DNA of 64,000 bases from Octopus bimaculoides (GCF_001194135.2 NC_068998.1:17458746-17522745); one strand, 5' to 3'. Shown: positions 51,255 through 63,628, counted from the first letter of the stretch. The notes: generated by a model not told the origin, from the letters alone. Numbers and translations: made by a program.

Positions 51255-51835
51255 CTTCCTTTCCTGTTTCTTACTTTCTCTCCCTTTTCTTACTTTCTCA
51301 CGCCTTTCTTTCTCACCTCCCACTTCTTACTTTTTTTTTTTCTCAATTATTACTTTCTCACTCATTTCTTCTTTCTCTCTTGCATCTTTCTTTCTTGCTC
51401 TTGCACCTCTTTTTCTAATTTTTTTCCTTTTCTTTCTCTTGCTTTTTCCTTTTATTTTCTCTCTAGTTTATTTCCTTCCTTCCTTTCTCTTTCTCTCTCT
51501 CTCTCTCTCTAGCATTATCTCTCTCCTCTCTGTCTGGCTTGCTCTCTCTCCTCTTTCTCCAGCTTTCTCTTCTTTCTCCAGCCTTCTCTCTCTCCTTTCT
51601 CCTCTTTCTCCATCTTTCTCTCTCCTTCTTCTTCCTCCAATTTTCTCTTTCCTCCTTCTCTTCCTCTCTACTCTCTCTCCAGTTTTCCCTCTCCCCTCTT
51701 TCTCCAGCTTTCTGTCATTTTTTTTCTCTAGTTTTCTCTTTCTCTCTTCTTTCTCTAGTTTTCTCTAGTTTTCTCTTTCTCTCTTCTTTCTCTAGTTTTC
51801 TCTCTCCTCTCTAACTTCTCTCTCTCACTCTTGCT
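51255..51835. repeat. About 580-bp CT-rich low-complexity tract with internal minisatellite units
   Basis: tttctctagt x4, tttctctagttttctctttctctcttc x2, cctctttctccagctttct x2. Confidence 0.95.
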
Positions 51836-52444
51836 AGAATTTGTTATTTTGAATTCTAATTTTTATATTATTGATCATATAAATTATTTTTCTGTTACAA
51901 GTTTTGCTATATTTATTGTCAACCAGACATCACAGTAATTCTTCTATGTGCATCTTTCTAGAAGTTTTTCTGTTAGGCATCTTTCTGTGCTTGTATTAAT
52001 CTTCTTGAAGTCATTATGGCAATCTTTGGTTTGATTACGTTAACATGATGCAGAAACTTTCAAAAATTGAACAGACAAAAATAATTTTATGTGAATGAGT
52101 GATAATTATTTTAAAAAAAGAATGACAAAACAACTTCTTTACTCACTGAATTATATGTTGAAAGTATGATTTAAGTAACCAGCTAGTCACATGACCTAAC
52201 TACATGTACATACATAGGCATTCCCATTTCATCCTTATTACATGTAATATTTGTTGATGTTGCAGTTGGTTACTATGCAGAGAAATGGTGTGACCAGCTG
52301 CTGTACACCTAATGCAACAATATAATTTCCATGTATTAAAACTGATAGATACTGGCTGCTGTAAATATGGTTATATAATTTCTGGCATTGTAATCATGCC
52401 ATTGACCGAGTTAGTACATAGAATATAAATCAGAAGTGTATATA

Positions 52445-52623
52445 ACTCTGCAATCATTTATACTTTGACTGGTTTTAGTCAATCATATTGACACCCCCCA
52501 CCCCCCACCCCAATTATGTAATCCAGTATATATTTTATCAATATCAATCAAATAGCTGCTACCATTTGATATAAAGGGCTGTGCCAATTTGCACTGGTAT
52601 ACACACACACACACACACACACA

Positions 52624-52676
<53 letters not shown>

Positions 52677-52790
52677 ACATGATGAGCTGCTGCACAATTT
52701 CTGTCTATCAAGATACTTACCCAATGTGACGTACAGTAAATGCAAACCTGGAATCCTATGATTGTGAAGCAAACTTCCTTCTTTACCAGC
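52445..52790 (-). mobile_element. Degenerate SINE family A with (CA)n(CT)n
   Basis: tagtcaatcatattgac tail remnant, microsatellite 52600-52672, head tatgattgtgaagcaaacttc. Confidence 0.55.
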
Positions 52791-53863
52791 TGGTGACACT
52801 TGTGCTTTGTGTATGTTTTTAAATGGTTATCATGACTCTACTATGAATCAATCACTTACATTTAAATTAATATTAATTTTAGCATTAATTTAAAAGTTTA
52901 CAAAACAAAATTTTGATGGCAAGTTTGAAGAATTTGTTAGAATTCAGTATAGTGTAAGTTGAACTATTAGCATGCTATGAGAGGAAACTTTATTTTTGTT
53001 CATTACTAAATTGGTTCTTGCTAAAAGTATTCTCTACTAGGTTTCTCAGTTTAATGCTAAAATCAGCAATAGTAGCATTTGATGACAGTCTCTAGTTGTT
53101 ATTGTATGAAGAGATTTTACTTCATACACAATTAGTGCATGTTGAAATGAATACTGGACTCAGCTCTATTACTGATAGCAAAAATATTAAATTTTACCTT
53201 TCACAAAGAGCTTTTTCAAGTTGTAGATCAAAAACTGCCTAATAAATCTGTTGCACAACTCTTCACATTTATGGCTTTATTTACCACTCTTTCTGTTTGC
53301 AAAGAGATATAATTTTCATTTGAAACACTTCATTTTTCACATATATATATCAACTGTAGTTTTATATTATCATCTGCCGTGTATACTGAGTTGCAATAAG
53401 TTCATCTTGTACTATTTATTGTTGCTCTTTTACAAGAACATTAGTCACTATACGAATGTTTTAAGTCTGTTATGCATGTAAACTAGCTCACTGCAGATAA
53501 AATCAAAGCGTATTGCACTAGAAAGAGAATCATAATTGCTAAAACTGTTCTTTTACTCTGTCTCCACTCTTTTTTTTTGTTTTTGTTTTTTTATCTTCAG
53601 AGCTACATGTCACTTCAAACTTACAAAACTTGTACTAACTTCTAGAAATTACAAATATAATTATACCTCTCATATATCAACCAGGATCTATATGCAGTGA
53701 TTAAGTTACTGGAAATATATTTAATGTTGGGAGCATAAAAAAGCTAACTGGATGCAACCAGCATTAAATGTTAACACCAACTTCACAATTGTTTTTCATG
53801 TGGATTGCTACTCTGTGTAGCCTCTCTGCAATATTTCAGTGAACAATGAAGAGATTACAAATA

Positions 53864-54580
53864 TACAGGGTTTTTATAAAGTCCTTGTGTAATTCAAAGT
53901 TTTTATAATGTTAGATCTTAATATGATAAAATTAATCTGTACAGAACATTTTGAAGTTAAATGCATCTATAGTATTTCTGTCAATCAAAAAAATTGTTAG
54001 AAATATTTATTAATTTTCATAAAAAAAACTTCAATAAGTGCTTCAGCCTTGATTTATATGGATGTGAAAAGACTATTGTTTATTTAAGCCTTGTTTTGTA
54101 GATGGCATGCAGGATAGGGTAACTACAGTGATTCAAGTCAGCTGCAAAATATATTTTTAGAACTTCTGAATTGCATCAGAGTTTATATATATAATGATTG
54201 TGGACATATTATAACCCTTTAGCATTTAAACTGGCCATATCCAGCCCAAATATTCAACTGGTTTTATGTTCAAACCAATCAGATCTGGCCTCTCACGCCT
54301 ACTCTAAAATATCATTTTAAAAATAAACAATCACATTGGCAAAACCTCAAAGCTATGAGATAAAGCATAATTAATTCATAACAATATGAATAAATAGATA
54401 TTACAGTTGACAGAGTAATCTGAATGTTAAAGGGTTAAAATGAACATTCTTAAGAACAAATCTATTTGAAGATGTCGTAAATTCTTTCATTTATCCTTTT
54501 CACAGGTTAATTTTATCCTTTATAGAACTAGTGCTATACAAACAGAAAATTGCACAAGGTTTTTATAAAGACTTTCTCTA
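53864..54580. mobile_element. Possible Tc1/mariner-type non-autonomous element (TA-CAGGG termini) containing a nested MITE
   Basis: left tttataaagtccttgtgtaatt versus reverse complement of right aattgcacaaggtttttataaa (imperfect TIR). Confidence 0.4.
54211..54438. mobile_element. piggyBac-like MITE
   Basis: ATAA-CCCTTTAGCATT ... AATGTTAAAGGG-TTAA terminal inverted repeats; second copy at 30745. Confidence 0.85.
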
Positions 54581-56244
54581 GAAACATGTCACCAAGATCA
54601 TAATTAATAACATGCTTTGTTAGGAATTTAAAAATTCTATAAAGAAAAAATTATTTTTTGTATTATATCCTGCCAAATATTTTGCTGACAGAAGTAAAAA
54701 ATGGGTAGTGTTCTGAATTAGTATATATATAGTGTTTTCATGACTGTTGTAGCATTCCTCTTGTTTCTTTATATCTCGGGTGTGAAATAGTTCTACAAAC
54801 TGTCATTGATATTTTGTTACAATTCCACCACTGATTTCCTGACACTGCTTCCAAGTCCCTCCCAGATTATCATTCATTTCTATACCCAGTTACTATAATT
54901 ATTATTCATTTGTTCATTTTAGATCAGCTACTTAGACATACATTATGAAGCACTACAGACTTGTTATAAATTTAAAATGTAAATTAAATAACTGATTAAA
55001 TGAAGTAGGCGCATAAGAGTCAATTGTTTAAATGATATAAATTGTTTTGTTTTTAATTTCTTTTTATCATTGCTAACATTCTTCTTAAGCCATTGCTAAT
55101 TTTAAAATGTTAACAAAATAATGTAAAAGTCATACAAAGTCAATTTTTAGAGTAAACATCTGATTGCATCATATGCATAATAATACCATATGTGACCATC
55201 TACTAAAGCAGCTTAGTATTCACAGGCATTTCAAAGACCTTGTAATTTTATCTGAACTAAAAGAATTACTAGGTCAAAGCTTTCCAGAAAATATATAGGC
55301 CACCATAAATCTAATTTCTTCATGTTACCGTCTGTAAACGAGTGCAGGTTACAATTGTCATCATATCAAGATTTTCACTTATACCTTCACTCTTGAAGTA
55401 AGCTGCTGATTTAAAAGACTTTTTTTTTTCCAGTAAAAGGTCAAATTTATTTTTAACTATGTTGAAACAGTTTGTATCAATTATATTTTAAAATTTGAGC
55501 TTTCTTTTGAAAACAACTTATCTTGAAACAAACTAAAATTTTACTGTTAAAAATAAAAATTATCAAATACGATCCCAATTTTTATGCATAACTTTACTTC
55601 TATTTACATCAACTATTTCTGCAGTAGTTATTTGCTGATATGGTTTTTAGGATAAGATTTTTGTTTATTTGTTGTTTTTTTGATATAGTACTAAAATCAT
55701 TAATGATTTAGTATAATGGTTTCCTGATAGTTTGGTACTAAATGCAACAATTTAAAACACCATTGCTTAAATTATATTCTAGTCTTAAATAGCTTCCTGA
55801 TACTTGCATTAATATATTTTCCCTTTATTTTTAGCTCTGTAGAATCTGCAATAGATTCCCAATAATTATCACACTATCTTTGACAACCTTTATAGCATAC
55901 TCTCTGATTATTGATTCTCCACTATCTTATATGGTTCTCTGACTGCTAAATTGATATATTCCTTCTCTGGATATTAATAATTAAAGTTACTCTGATTTAT
56001 ATCATTATCTTTATATATCTGCTTTTTCCATACTAGCATGCACTTATTGAAGCAATCTTCTGTGGTCAGATACTCTTCTTGAAATCAACCTTTTGTTTTT
56101 TCAAGTAAGGTATTTTTATTTCACAAAACTGAAATTGCTGAGCTACAGGATATGCATTTACAAAAATCATGAACAAGTGTGCCATTGTTCAAACTATTAG
56201 TGTGAAGATATGTAGAAACACACAAACAAATGGTAAAGCTGGTG

Positions 56245-56610
56245 TCCCGGCATGGTCACATGCTGGACAGTATCTGTAACAATTCTTTACTTAATCATAT
56301 TAACCCCAGTACCTATTTTAGTCAGGAACTTATTTTATCCATCTTTATTAGTTGAACCATTAAGTGATGGGACTTGAAGTAACACAATGAGTACCAACTT
56401 TTAGACAAGTGTAAACATTTATACACTGCACAGATGTGTGTATGTAATGTAACATGCTTCTGCAGTTTCTGCACTATTCCCATGTAGCAAATTTCACTCA
56501 CAAGGCATTGGTTGATATAAGGTATGACACTTCTCAAAGTGCCACTCAGTGGGTTGGAACTCAAAACCACATGGCTGCAAAGCAAACTTCATTACTACAC
56601 CACCATTACA
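56245..56610 (-). mobile_element. SINE family A (degenerate)
   Basis: ccccagtacc.., caaatttcactcacaaggcattgg, gacactt..aagtgcca, accacatggctgcaaagcaaacttc. Confidence 0.7.
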
Positions 56611-57602
56611 TGTAAATATGTATTAAATAAATCAGACACTAAACCAAAATAAAACTTCAATATCGATAGTAACTGTAAGCATGTTGAAAGTTAAAAGAAG
56701 CTTTGATTTTGGAGAAACATTTCCAAGTTTTGGAGTAAGCTGTAAGAACTGTACACATTAAAATAACTCATAATTTATAAATAATTTCATGTAGAAATTC
56801 TTTTATCTTTCACACATTTCTGTTTCTCTTCTTTCCCTGATTCCACATGTCCTTGTTTCTATCCCTCTCTCTTTTCCCTTCATACAAGCTTTTGAACCAA
56901 AAACGTATCATGTTAGATCTTTATCAGCTTTTAAGGATCCAGAAGTATGCTTGCATTATATGATATCCGTGTTTATTTTTTGTTTTTCTATTTGTGATAT
57001 TTGTTGGTTTCAAGTTTTTTTTCTGACTGTTCCAAATATGAAAAATGTCTATTTTGGCTTTAGTAATATACACAGCTCTCAGCTAGTATAGTTGTTAAAT
57101 GTGGCATTTTTAAAACCCATTTGTTTGATCAGCCTTTAAAGACTAAATCAAAAGTAAATGATGTCTTTATTTTTATTATGTATACTTAAAAACATATATT
57201 CTTATTGTGTTTAACATTTTTTACTACACTAAGTTTTAGACTACCAGTTGCAGTTTTAAGTCTTTTGTGGATAATATTCTTTTCTTCATCATTAAGTAGG
57301 TATAGCTGACTGAATCAATGTTTGCTGGCCCTAATTGTATCATCTGTGCTAGTAACTCCTTCAACTTATTGGTCATTGGTTAATATCTAGTCACTGATCA
57401 AGACCTTTAGTTTTTATTAACCCAATCAGCTTAGTAGTAATTAGTGATAACAGTATAAATCAGTAGTGTTGATATTGCATTAGTAATGTGTTTTCCTTTA
57501 GCCTGCAATTTTGAATTTAAATCCTCATTACCCCAGAGTACTAGAAACCATTTTAGTGTGTTCTCTTCAAAGAAATCTTCAAATAGGAGTTGGATTGTCA
57601 GT

Positions 57603-57653
<51 letters not shown>

Positions 57654-57684
57654 TTCTCTCTCTTTCTCTTTCTCTCTCTCTCTT

Positions 57685-57715
<31 letters not shown>

Positions 57716-57730
57716 TTCTCTCTCTCTTTT

Positions 57731-57768
<38 letters not shown>
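57603..57768. repeat. Imperfect (CT)n microsatellite (source of the SLSL/ERER ORFs)
   Basis: direct reading. Confidence 0.98.
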
Positions 57769-57771
<3 letters not shown>

Positions 57772-58249
57772 AAGTGGTGAGGTTTTAAAAACAAATCTTA
57801 TCAGGGAAGAATGTTTCTCTATCTTATATCTTCTAAATTATTTCCGACCACTTTATAACACAGCTATGCGAACTCACAGCTTTATATTGCACAGTTAGAA
57901 TAAAATACTGCTTCATGCTTCCAGCAGTTCACAAATAAGATACTATCTTAAAAGTTTTGATTGATCTTTCCAAATCTCTTATCCATCAATTTACTAGAAA
58001 TTTTACAATTATGTTAGATTCACTCATTTGCCATCAAACTGGTTACAGCAGCACTGGTTCTTCTTGTGTATTACAGACTGGTGAAGTTTTTGCTATGCAA
58101 TTTATCAATAAATTTTGTCCAGATAATTCAAAGGTTTTTCTTTCTAAATCCTGTTTTTGCTTCCTATTTTTTGTTTTTGACTTCTAAATCTCAGGCCTCA
58201 TATCTATTGAAAAAACATCTCTTATTGTTGTTTTTAAGCATGACTATGT

Positions 58250-58432
58250 TGTTGTTAAGAGTTTCACTTCAGAACCACATGGTTAGGGGTTCAGTCTCAC
58301 TGCATGGACACTGTAGGTCAGCTATAGGGTCGGATTAATATAGCTGTGGGTTAGCTACACAGGGTTGACCAGTGCTTTCCAGGTGAAATTGGTTGACAGA
58401 AATTGAAGGTGTGTGTGTGTGTGTGTGTATGA
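58250..58432 (+). mobile_element. SINE family A head half
   Basis: gaaccacatggttaggggttcagtctcactgcatgg..ttggttgacagaaattgaagg(tg)n. Confidence 0.7.
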
Positions 58433-58913
58433 AAATAAAACAAGGAACAATAGTAAGGAAAACAACAGAAAATACTTCCATACTTTCTACAATTCTTCAA
58501 AGAAATAGGACTGATTGTGGAAGTAATACTAATATCACAACACTAAGCTACAATTAATATACAGCACACATGTCATAACTGCAAACTGGATGACATAGAA
58601 CACTAATACTCTAATGGTCAAGTTCTGGTGGAAAAATTTATTTAAATATAAGGTATCAACACTGAAAAGTGTATTACAGAAGTCTAAATCATTGCACATG
58701 CTGCAGGGGAGCCTAAGATAACCTGGAAACATTGACAATAAAGGTGAACCTTGAGAACTTTATTGTTCTAAATGAATTATAAAAGTCTGATATGCAGATA
58801 TGAAAAAACATTAATAAAATGAATGGTCATGTTTTCAATAAATGTTTACAAGGCAAGTTGTTTCTCATATATACAAATATATGTATATGTACATGCACGC
58901 ACACACACATGCA

Positions 58914-58957
<44 letters not shown>

Positions 58958-59204
58958 AGTTCATATTTCTCCTCATCTTTATGTGTTTGCTGACAGTAAA
59001 TGAAAGCCTCACTGTTCATACAGATGGTGTCATTTGTTTGTAGTTGACTGTGAAAGTGCATATTGGCTTCCTGACAAGTTGTGCTCTTTGTAAATAAATG
59101 GCTTGTGTTCATACGAATGGTGTTGTTTGTTTCTAGTTCTTTGCATAACTATGTCAGGACTGTTTGTTGTACAATAGAATGGGTGTTGTTACTTTGCTTG
59201 GAAA

Positions 59205-59318
59205 CAGGTGAGAGTTGGTGTTGGAAAGGACATCCGGCTATAGGAAACCCTTCTTCAATGTAGTTTCAGCTGACGTACGCAACTATGGAAAAGTAGACAT
59301 TAAAACAATGATGATGAG
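59205..59318 (+). mobile_element. Degenerate RTE-type 3' tail
   Basis: gttggtgttggaaaggacatccggctatag..gcaactatggaaaagtagacattaaaacaatgatgatg. Confidence 0.65.
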
Positions 59319-59917
59319 CATCATAACTATTATTGTTATTAGTGTTATTATTGAAAGTATCAACAGTTGTGTGGCAAAATATTCTCCATTATTGTTCAAA
59401 TGAACTATTGACATGGCCACTCAGAGTGTTTAAATGTATGCAAATAGAGTTCATTGGCTTACTACATAAGATCAGTTCAGTAATCCATTCTAAACCAAGT
59501 AAATTTAAGTCATGTCGATTTGTTAAATAACAAGAGTCCCATTTAAAATATTTGAATCAAACTGTACTTTACACTTAACCATACCAATAAACCTTATATT
59601 ATGACCTGATGCATTCTTGGCATTGTGTTCTTTCTCAACTGTCTGTGGGTAACTAAGTTGCCTCTAAATTTTGCAAGAAATCATCAACATAATATCTGAT
59701 ACTGTGGCTAAGTGTAATTTAAGTGAAGGATCATTTATTGAAACAAATACTTGTTATTTTTGAAAATCCACTTTAAAGCTAGTATAAATAGTATTGTTTT
59801 CTTGTTTTTGCTTACTTTCCATGAGTGATTAGACTTTTTGCTTACTTTCTTTAAATGATTAGGCAACAAGACCCTTCCTTATGACCAAACTTATGGCATA
59901 ATTGACATGTGTTGCTT

Positions 59918-59960
59918 ATAGACAGTGCTCCAGCATGGCCACAGCCTCAGGGCTAAAACA
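59918..59960 (+). mobile_element. SINE family A 3' tail fragment
   Basis: gtgctccagcatggccacagcc. Confidence 0.65.
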
Positions 59961-59969
59961 TATAAAGGA

Positions 59970-60787
59970 ATAGGGGCAAAACTTTCCATAATGTCTTGCA
60001 CCATAAAACCAGTATAGCTGAAGAGAACCAAAATTTCTTTTCCTTTCAATAGGTAATGATTCAGGATTAGTTTTCACTTGATTTACTTACTGTAAACTTG
60101 TCACTCATCCCAGTCATCTTCATATCATGCTTCAACTTTTGGCACTCTTTTCTGGCTTATTGTGCAATCATTTTTGGTTATAGTTCTAACTGTGATAACA
60201 GTTTAGTATGAATGTCTGCATTTGATGGTGATTGCAGACCAGCAACAAAAATTAAACATTTAAACTGATTATAAGTTAAAGAATTCAAATTGAAACATTC
60301 ACATTCATTATTTACTCTACTTGCATAGCTGAAAAAATCCTCCTCCTTGGACTTGACAATTTTAAAATAATTGCATCTAATGTTAAACAAATATGAGTTT
60401 GCACCAAAGATCTTCTGAAGTATTTCAACTGTCTTGTGGAAACTGATGTCTCCAGGATTATTCAGTAGTATATAATTAATGTGTTTAGTGTGTTTGTTAA
60501 TTCCGAGTTTGGCTAATAGTCATCTTACTTTTGCCTGGTCATCAAGATTCGAACAGTCAACATGAAAAGTATCTTCGAGACTTTGCAAACCAGGTACCAA
60601 AGGTAATATCAACAATTAGGTTGAAAATAAATTCTGTAATAGAATTCGAAGGTGCCTGAGATTTGTCACTGTTTGAGTGGAAAGATAATGTTTGAGTTAG
60701 TAATTCAATAAGTTTAAACTGTGCTACCTCAAATTGTTTCTGCTGATGTTCGAGAAGCATTTCCATTTGTTCAAAAGAAATAGCCAT
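59970..60787 (-). pseudogene. Ty3/Gypsy gag remnant
   Basis: MAISFEQMEMLLEHQQKQFE..ITEFIFN..TFGTWF / NLDDQAKVR*LLAKLGINKH..NYIL..ISFHKTVEILQKIFG..LFNIRCNYFKIVK..QFKCLIFVAGLQSPSNADIHTKLLSQLE / WFYGARHYGKFCP (decayed CCHC knuckle). Confidence 0.88.
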
Positions 60788-60799
60788 ATTATCTCTTAA

Positions 60800-60810
60800 C
60801 CTTGTTGCCA
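60800..60810 (-). promoter_or_regulatory. Primer-binding site of the Gypsy element
   Basis: TGGCAACAAGG 1 nt downstream of the LTR-ending CA; resembles the TGGCGACGAG-type PBS after CpG decay. Confidence 0.7.
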
Positions 60811-60811
60811 T

Positions 60812-60936
60812 TGTTTTAACTGTAACTATAGTTGTTATTTGGGCCTTGAGTGCTAGAATAATAAAATATAACCCACTAGATTCCAACATAAAGGAAGGAA
60901 CTCATTACTTGTTTTACCTGTATAAGAGTTATAACA
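60812..60936 (-). mobile_element. Short (125 bp) 5' LTR of the Gypsy element
   Basis: TGTTATAA...TTAAAACA termini (TG..CA, 7/8 inverted match) directly upstream of PBS and gag. Confidence 0.7.
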
Positions 60937-61069
60937 ATCCACAAGTATGCAAAACTGTCCATTAGACAACAAATCAAAGTGAGAAATGAACACAATCTAG
61001 AGAGACTGAAGTTGAGTGCCACATTCACATGCCAAAAGCCTATTGGTCATCTTATCCCTAACATACACC

Positions 61070-61245
61070 ACACAAATGTGTGTATAATATAACAAACTTC
61101 TGCCTATCAAATTTTGTCTATCAAATTCTACTAAGATTATAATAACCACTTGCTCTAGTTGGTGCTTCATAATGGGATTGAACTTGAAGCCATTGGATTA
61201 CAAAGCTAACTTCTTGACTTATAGCCAACCTTGCTCTACTAAAAA
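61070..61245 (-). mobile_element. SINE family A head remnant
   Basis: ccacttgctc..gggattgaactt..ggattacaaagctaacttcttgac. Confidence 0.5.
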
Positions 61246-62066
61246 CAGAAAGAAAAGCACAGTTAGCACTTTAGAATGTCACTGATCCAATACTGATAAA
61301 TGTTTCTCTTCTGGGTCAATTGGAAGATTTAATTTTTGTGCTTAGAATTGTTAATCATATATTCACTTTCTCAAGAGGAGCTAGAAATCTCTGCTAAAAA
61401 GAAAAAAATAATGTCTTATATAAGTAGATTATTGTAAAGTGTTATGTGTTTCTTAATGTTCTATTGACAAGTGATATATCTAGTTGACTCTGCTATTACA
61501 AATGTAATTCATTCCAAAACCTCATCTGTTACAACATCAATTAAACCATATGTATTTAGTAACAGTTTAATGCTAAGCCTCTACATTTCACACAAAGCAG
61601 CCTTTTAAACATGAATAAAACACAAATAATAAAAAAGTAATGTGATTATAGTGCAATAAGAAAATAACAAAGAAAAAAAATAAATAAACTGAAACAAAAT
61701 AAAACAGATTGAATGAATGATTCACACCTCATTTCAAAGATCTTTCTCCTACAAAGACAAACACTAACAGACATTAAAGGTGTTATTACATAAATAACAA
61801 ATAATCTATAAAAGGAAAGAAAGATTGATTAAATTAAAAATTTTAAGATTTAAAAATTATAAATTTTGAATAATCAGTCTCTCACCTGAATTAGGTAGGT
61901 TGTTTAGCCAAAATGAAGGTCAACAAGGTGGTGGGGGAAGAGGAAATTATTGCAAGGGTGAGGAGAAAAGGCATCTCATCTTAGCCTCTTAGAACTCCTT
62001 TCTTCTGCAGAGGATTGTCTGGATCTTATGTTACTGAAGACGTGTGCAGTGTGAGTGAGCGTGTGT

Positions 62067-62175
62067 ATGTGAGTGCTGAATGTGCCAGTCATTGCGTGAC
62101 TGAGGCAGTGTAAGTGTGCATGTGAGTGCTGAATGTGCCAGTCATTGCGTGACTGGGGTAGTGAGTGAGTGCATG
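62067..62175. repeat. 53-bp tandem duplication with internal stem-loop
   Basis: atgtgagtgctgaatgtgccagtcattgcgtgactg identical at 62067-62102 and 62120-62155; CAGTCA-ttgcg-TGACTG. Confidence 0.95.
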
Positions 62176-63596
62176 TGCAAGTGGCAAGAAGACACAGTGG
62201 GACATACTGGCATGTTGCAAGAAGCAAGCAACTGTCTCTGTTTATTCTGTGGATGATGGTGAACACTAAAAGATGCATAGTCGAAAGAGTGATGTTGCCA
62301 CTAGGACCGTCAAATCCATAACTGATTTACATCTGACATCTCGGATACGAAACGTCATAACAAAAATCAGTGCTGGCTATAATTTCTATAGAATATCTGT
62401 AGAAATGACCTTGACAAGCGATGTTCCTCCTAGTTATTATTAATCTTTTACAAATATGCTTTACTCACTGAATTACTGCCTAAGTTGTTTCTCTCTGGTC
62501 TACACTAACAGATTTTTGATGTCACTAGTATGCAAGGCACAAGCCTACATATTCATTTAACTACTGATGCACTTTTTAGCTCATTTATTTTTTCCCCCTT
62601 ATGGTACAAATTTAAATTAGGCCAAGCCATACTCTGCACTAAGACCAATCGCTTTCTGTCTTAGAATAATCTCTTTCTTCATTTCTACAGTAATATTCTT
62701 TTGTACAGACTTTGCTTTCAGCATGGGGAATGTTTTATTTGAAAATGAAAATTCACATTAAATTCTTTCTTGAAAAAAAAAATCCCATAAGGACTGTCAA
62801 AATAAACTAGAGTGATGCTACAAGTTCACAGGAACATGTTGTAGGATTAGAGACTATGCATTTTCTTCAGCAACAGTCAATTTGCAGGGTGGGCCTAAGC
62901 AACCTTTCATTACCTCCATTTTCAATATTTTTCTATGAAATCCATTCTTTAGGCAATTTTATTCATTGCCAAATTAATAGAATAACATTTATTACCATGT
63001 TTTATATTAACACAGCGTCAACTGCATGTATTTATACATATTTGTATATATTTGCATCCAAACACACACACACACACTCATATTCTTTGTGTATTCTTCT
63101 TACATATGCATAAAGAAGGAATGGCAAAGAGAGAGAGAGCAAATAAAAATTCAACAAGAAGTATATGCAGAAAATCATATTAATTTTATTTAATGATTTT
63201 TGCATTAAATATTTGTTACTGAAATAGGATTATGTATCTATTTGGAGGAAGTAAATATATACTACTTAATTTGAAATTATTTAATGTAAAAGGGTAAGGA
63301 TCATCCTTGGAATCTTAACTGGCAGTCAGTGAATGTGTCAGTCCTATCGAGATTAGATATTAGAACATTTCATTTCTCAAGGTCAAATAGAGATAATTTA
63401 ATTAATGCCAGTTATTCCTTGTTTGATGTGCTGTGCGTGTAAGTAAGCACACTATGAAATATGCTGGCTGAAACATTGACTTAAGATCGACATAATTGAT
63501 TTAATTTCTTCATGCAGAAACTTTTCTAAATGCAAAAGAATCATCTCAGTATTTCTTTATTTTCTTCATAGTGATTGTAGATCTGCTTCCCTACCA

Positions 63597-63599
<3 letters not shown>

Positions 63600-63628
<29 letters not shown>
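63600..63628. repeat. (TA)n microsatellite
   Basis: direct reading. Confidence 0.95.

Noticed and set aside
51186-51814. F/L/S-rich ORFs
   Set aside because: Translation of the CT-rich tract; not proteins.
54485-54511. AG|GT candidates at 54504-54507 (cacag|gttaat) and 2217-2220 (ttcag|gtattg)
   Set aside because: Donor halves are poor matches to GTRAGT and are expected by chance in T-rich DNA.
57486-57898. SLSL/ERER ORFs
   Set aside because: Translation of the (CT)n microsatellite.
59013-59138. Diverged 33-bp direct repeat (period 93 bp), plus a 30-bp duplication at 59805-59849
   Set aside because: Ordinary local duplications, probably internal to an old repeat.
60033-60058. Second AG|GT recursive-site candidate (tttcttttcctttcaatag|gtaatg)
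   Set aside because: It lies in the antisense of the Gypsy gag remnant, has no clear downstream donor, and is likely chance; worth a glance only if the 360 site is confirmed.
61361-61412. Minus-strand 27-nt microexon candidate QRFLAPLEK (61367-61393)
   Set aside because: Weak donor (GTGAAT) and an upstream AG close to the tract; indistinguishable from chance.
62067-62155. CRISPR-like palindromic direct repeats
   Set aside because: Only two copies, a 17-nt spacer similar between units, eukaryotic context and no cas genes; it is a tandem duplication.
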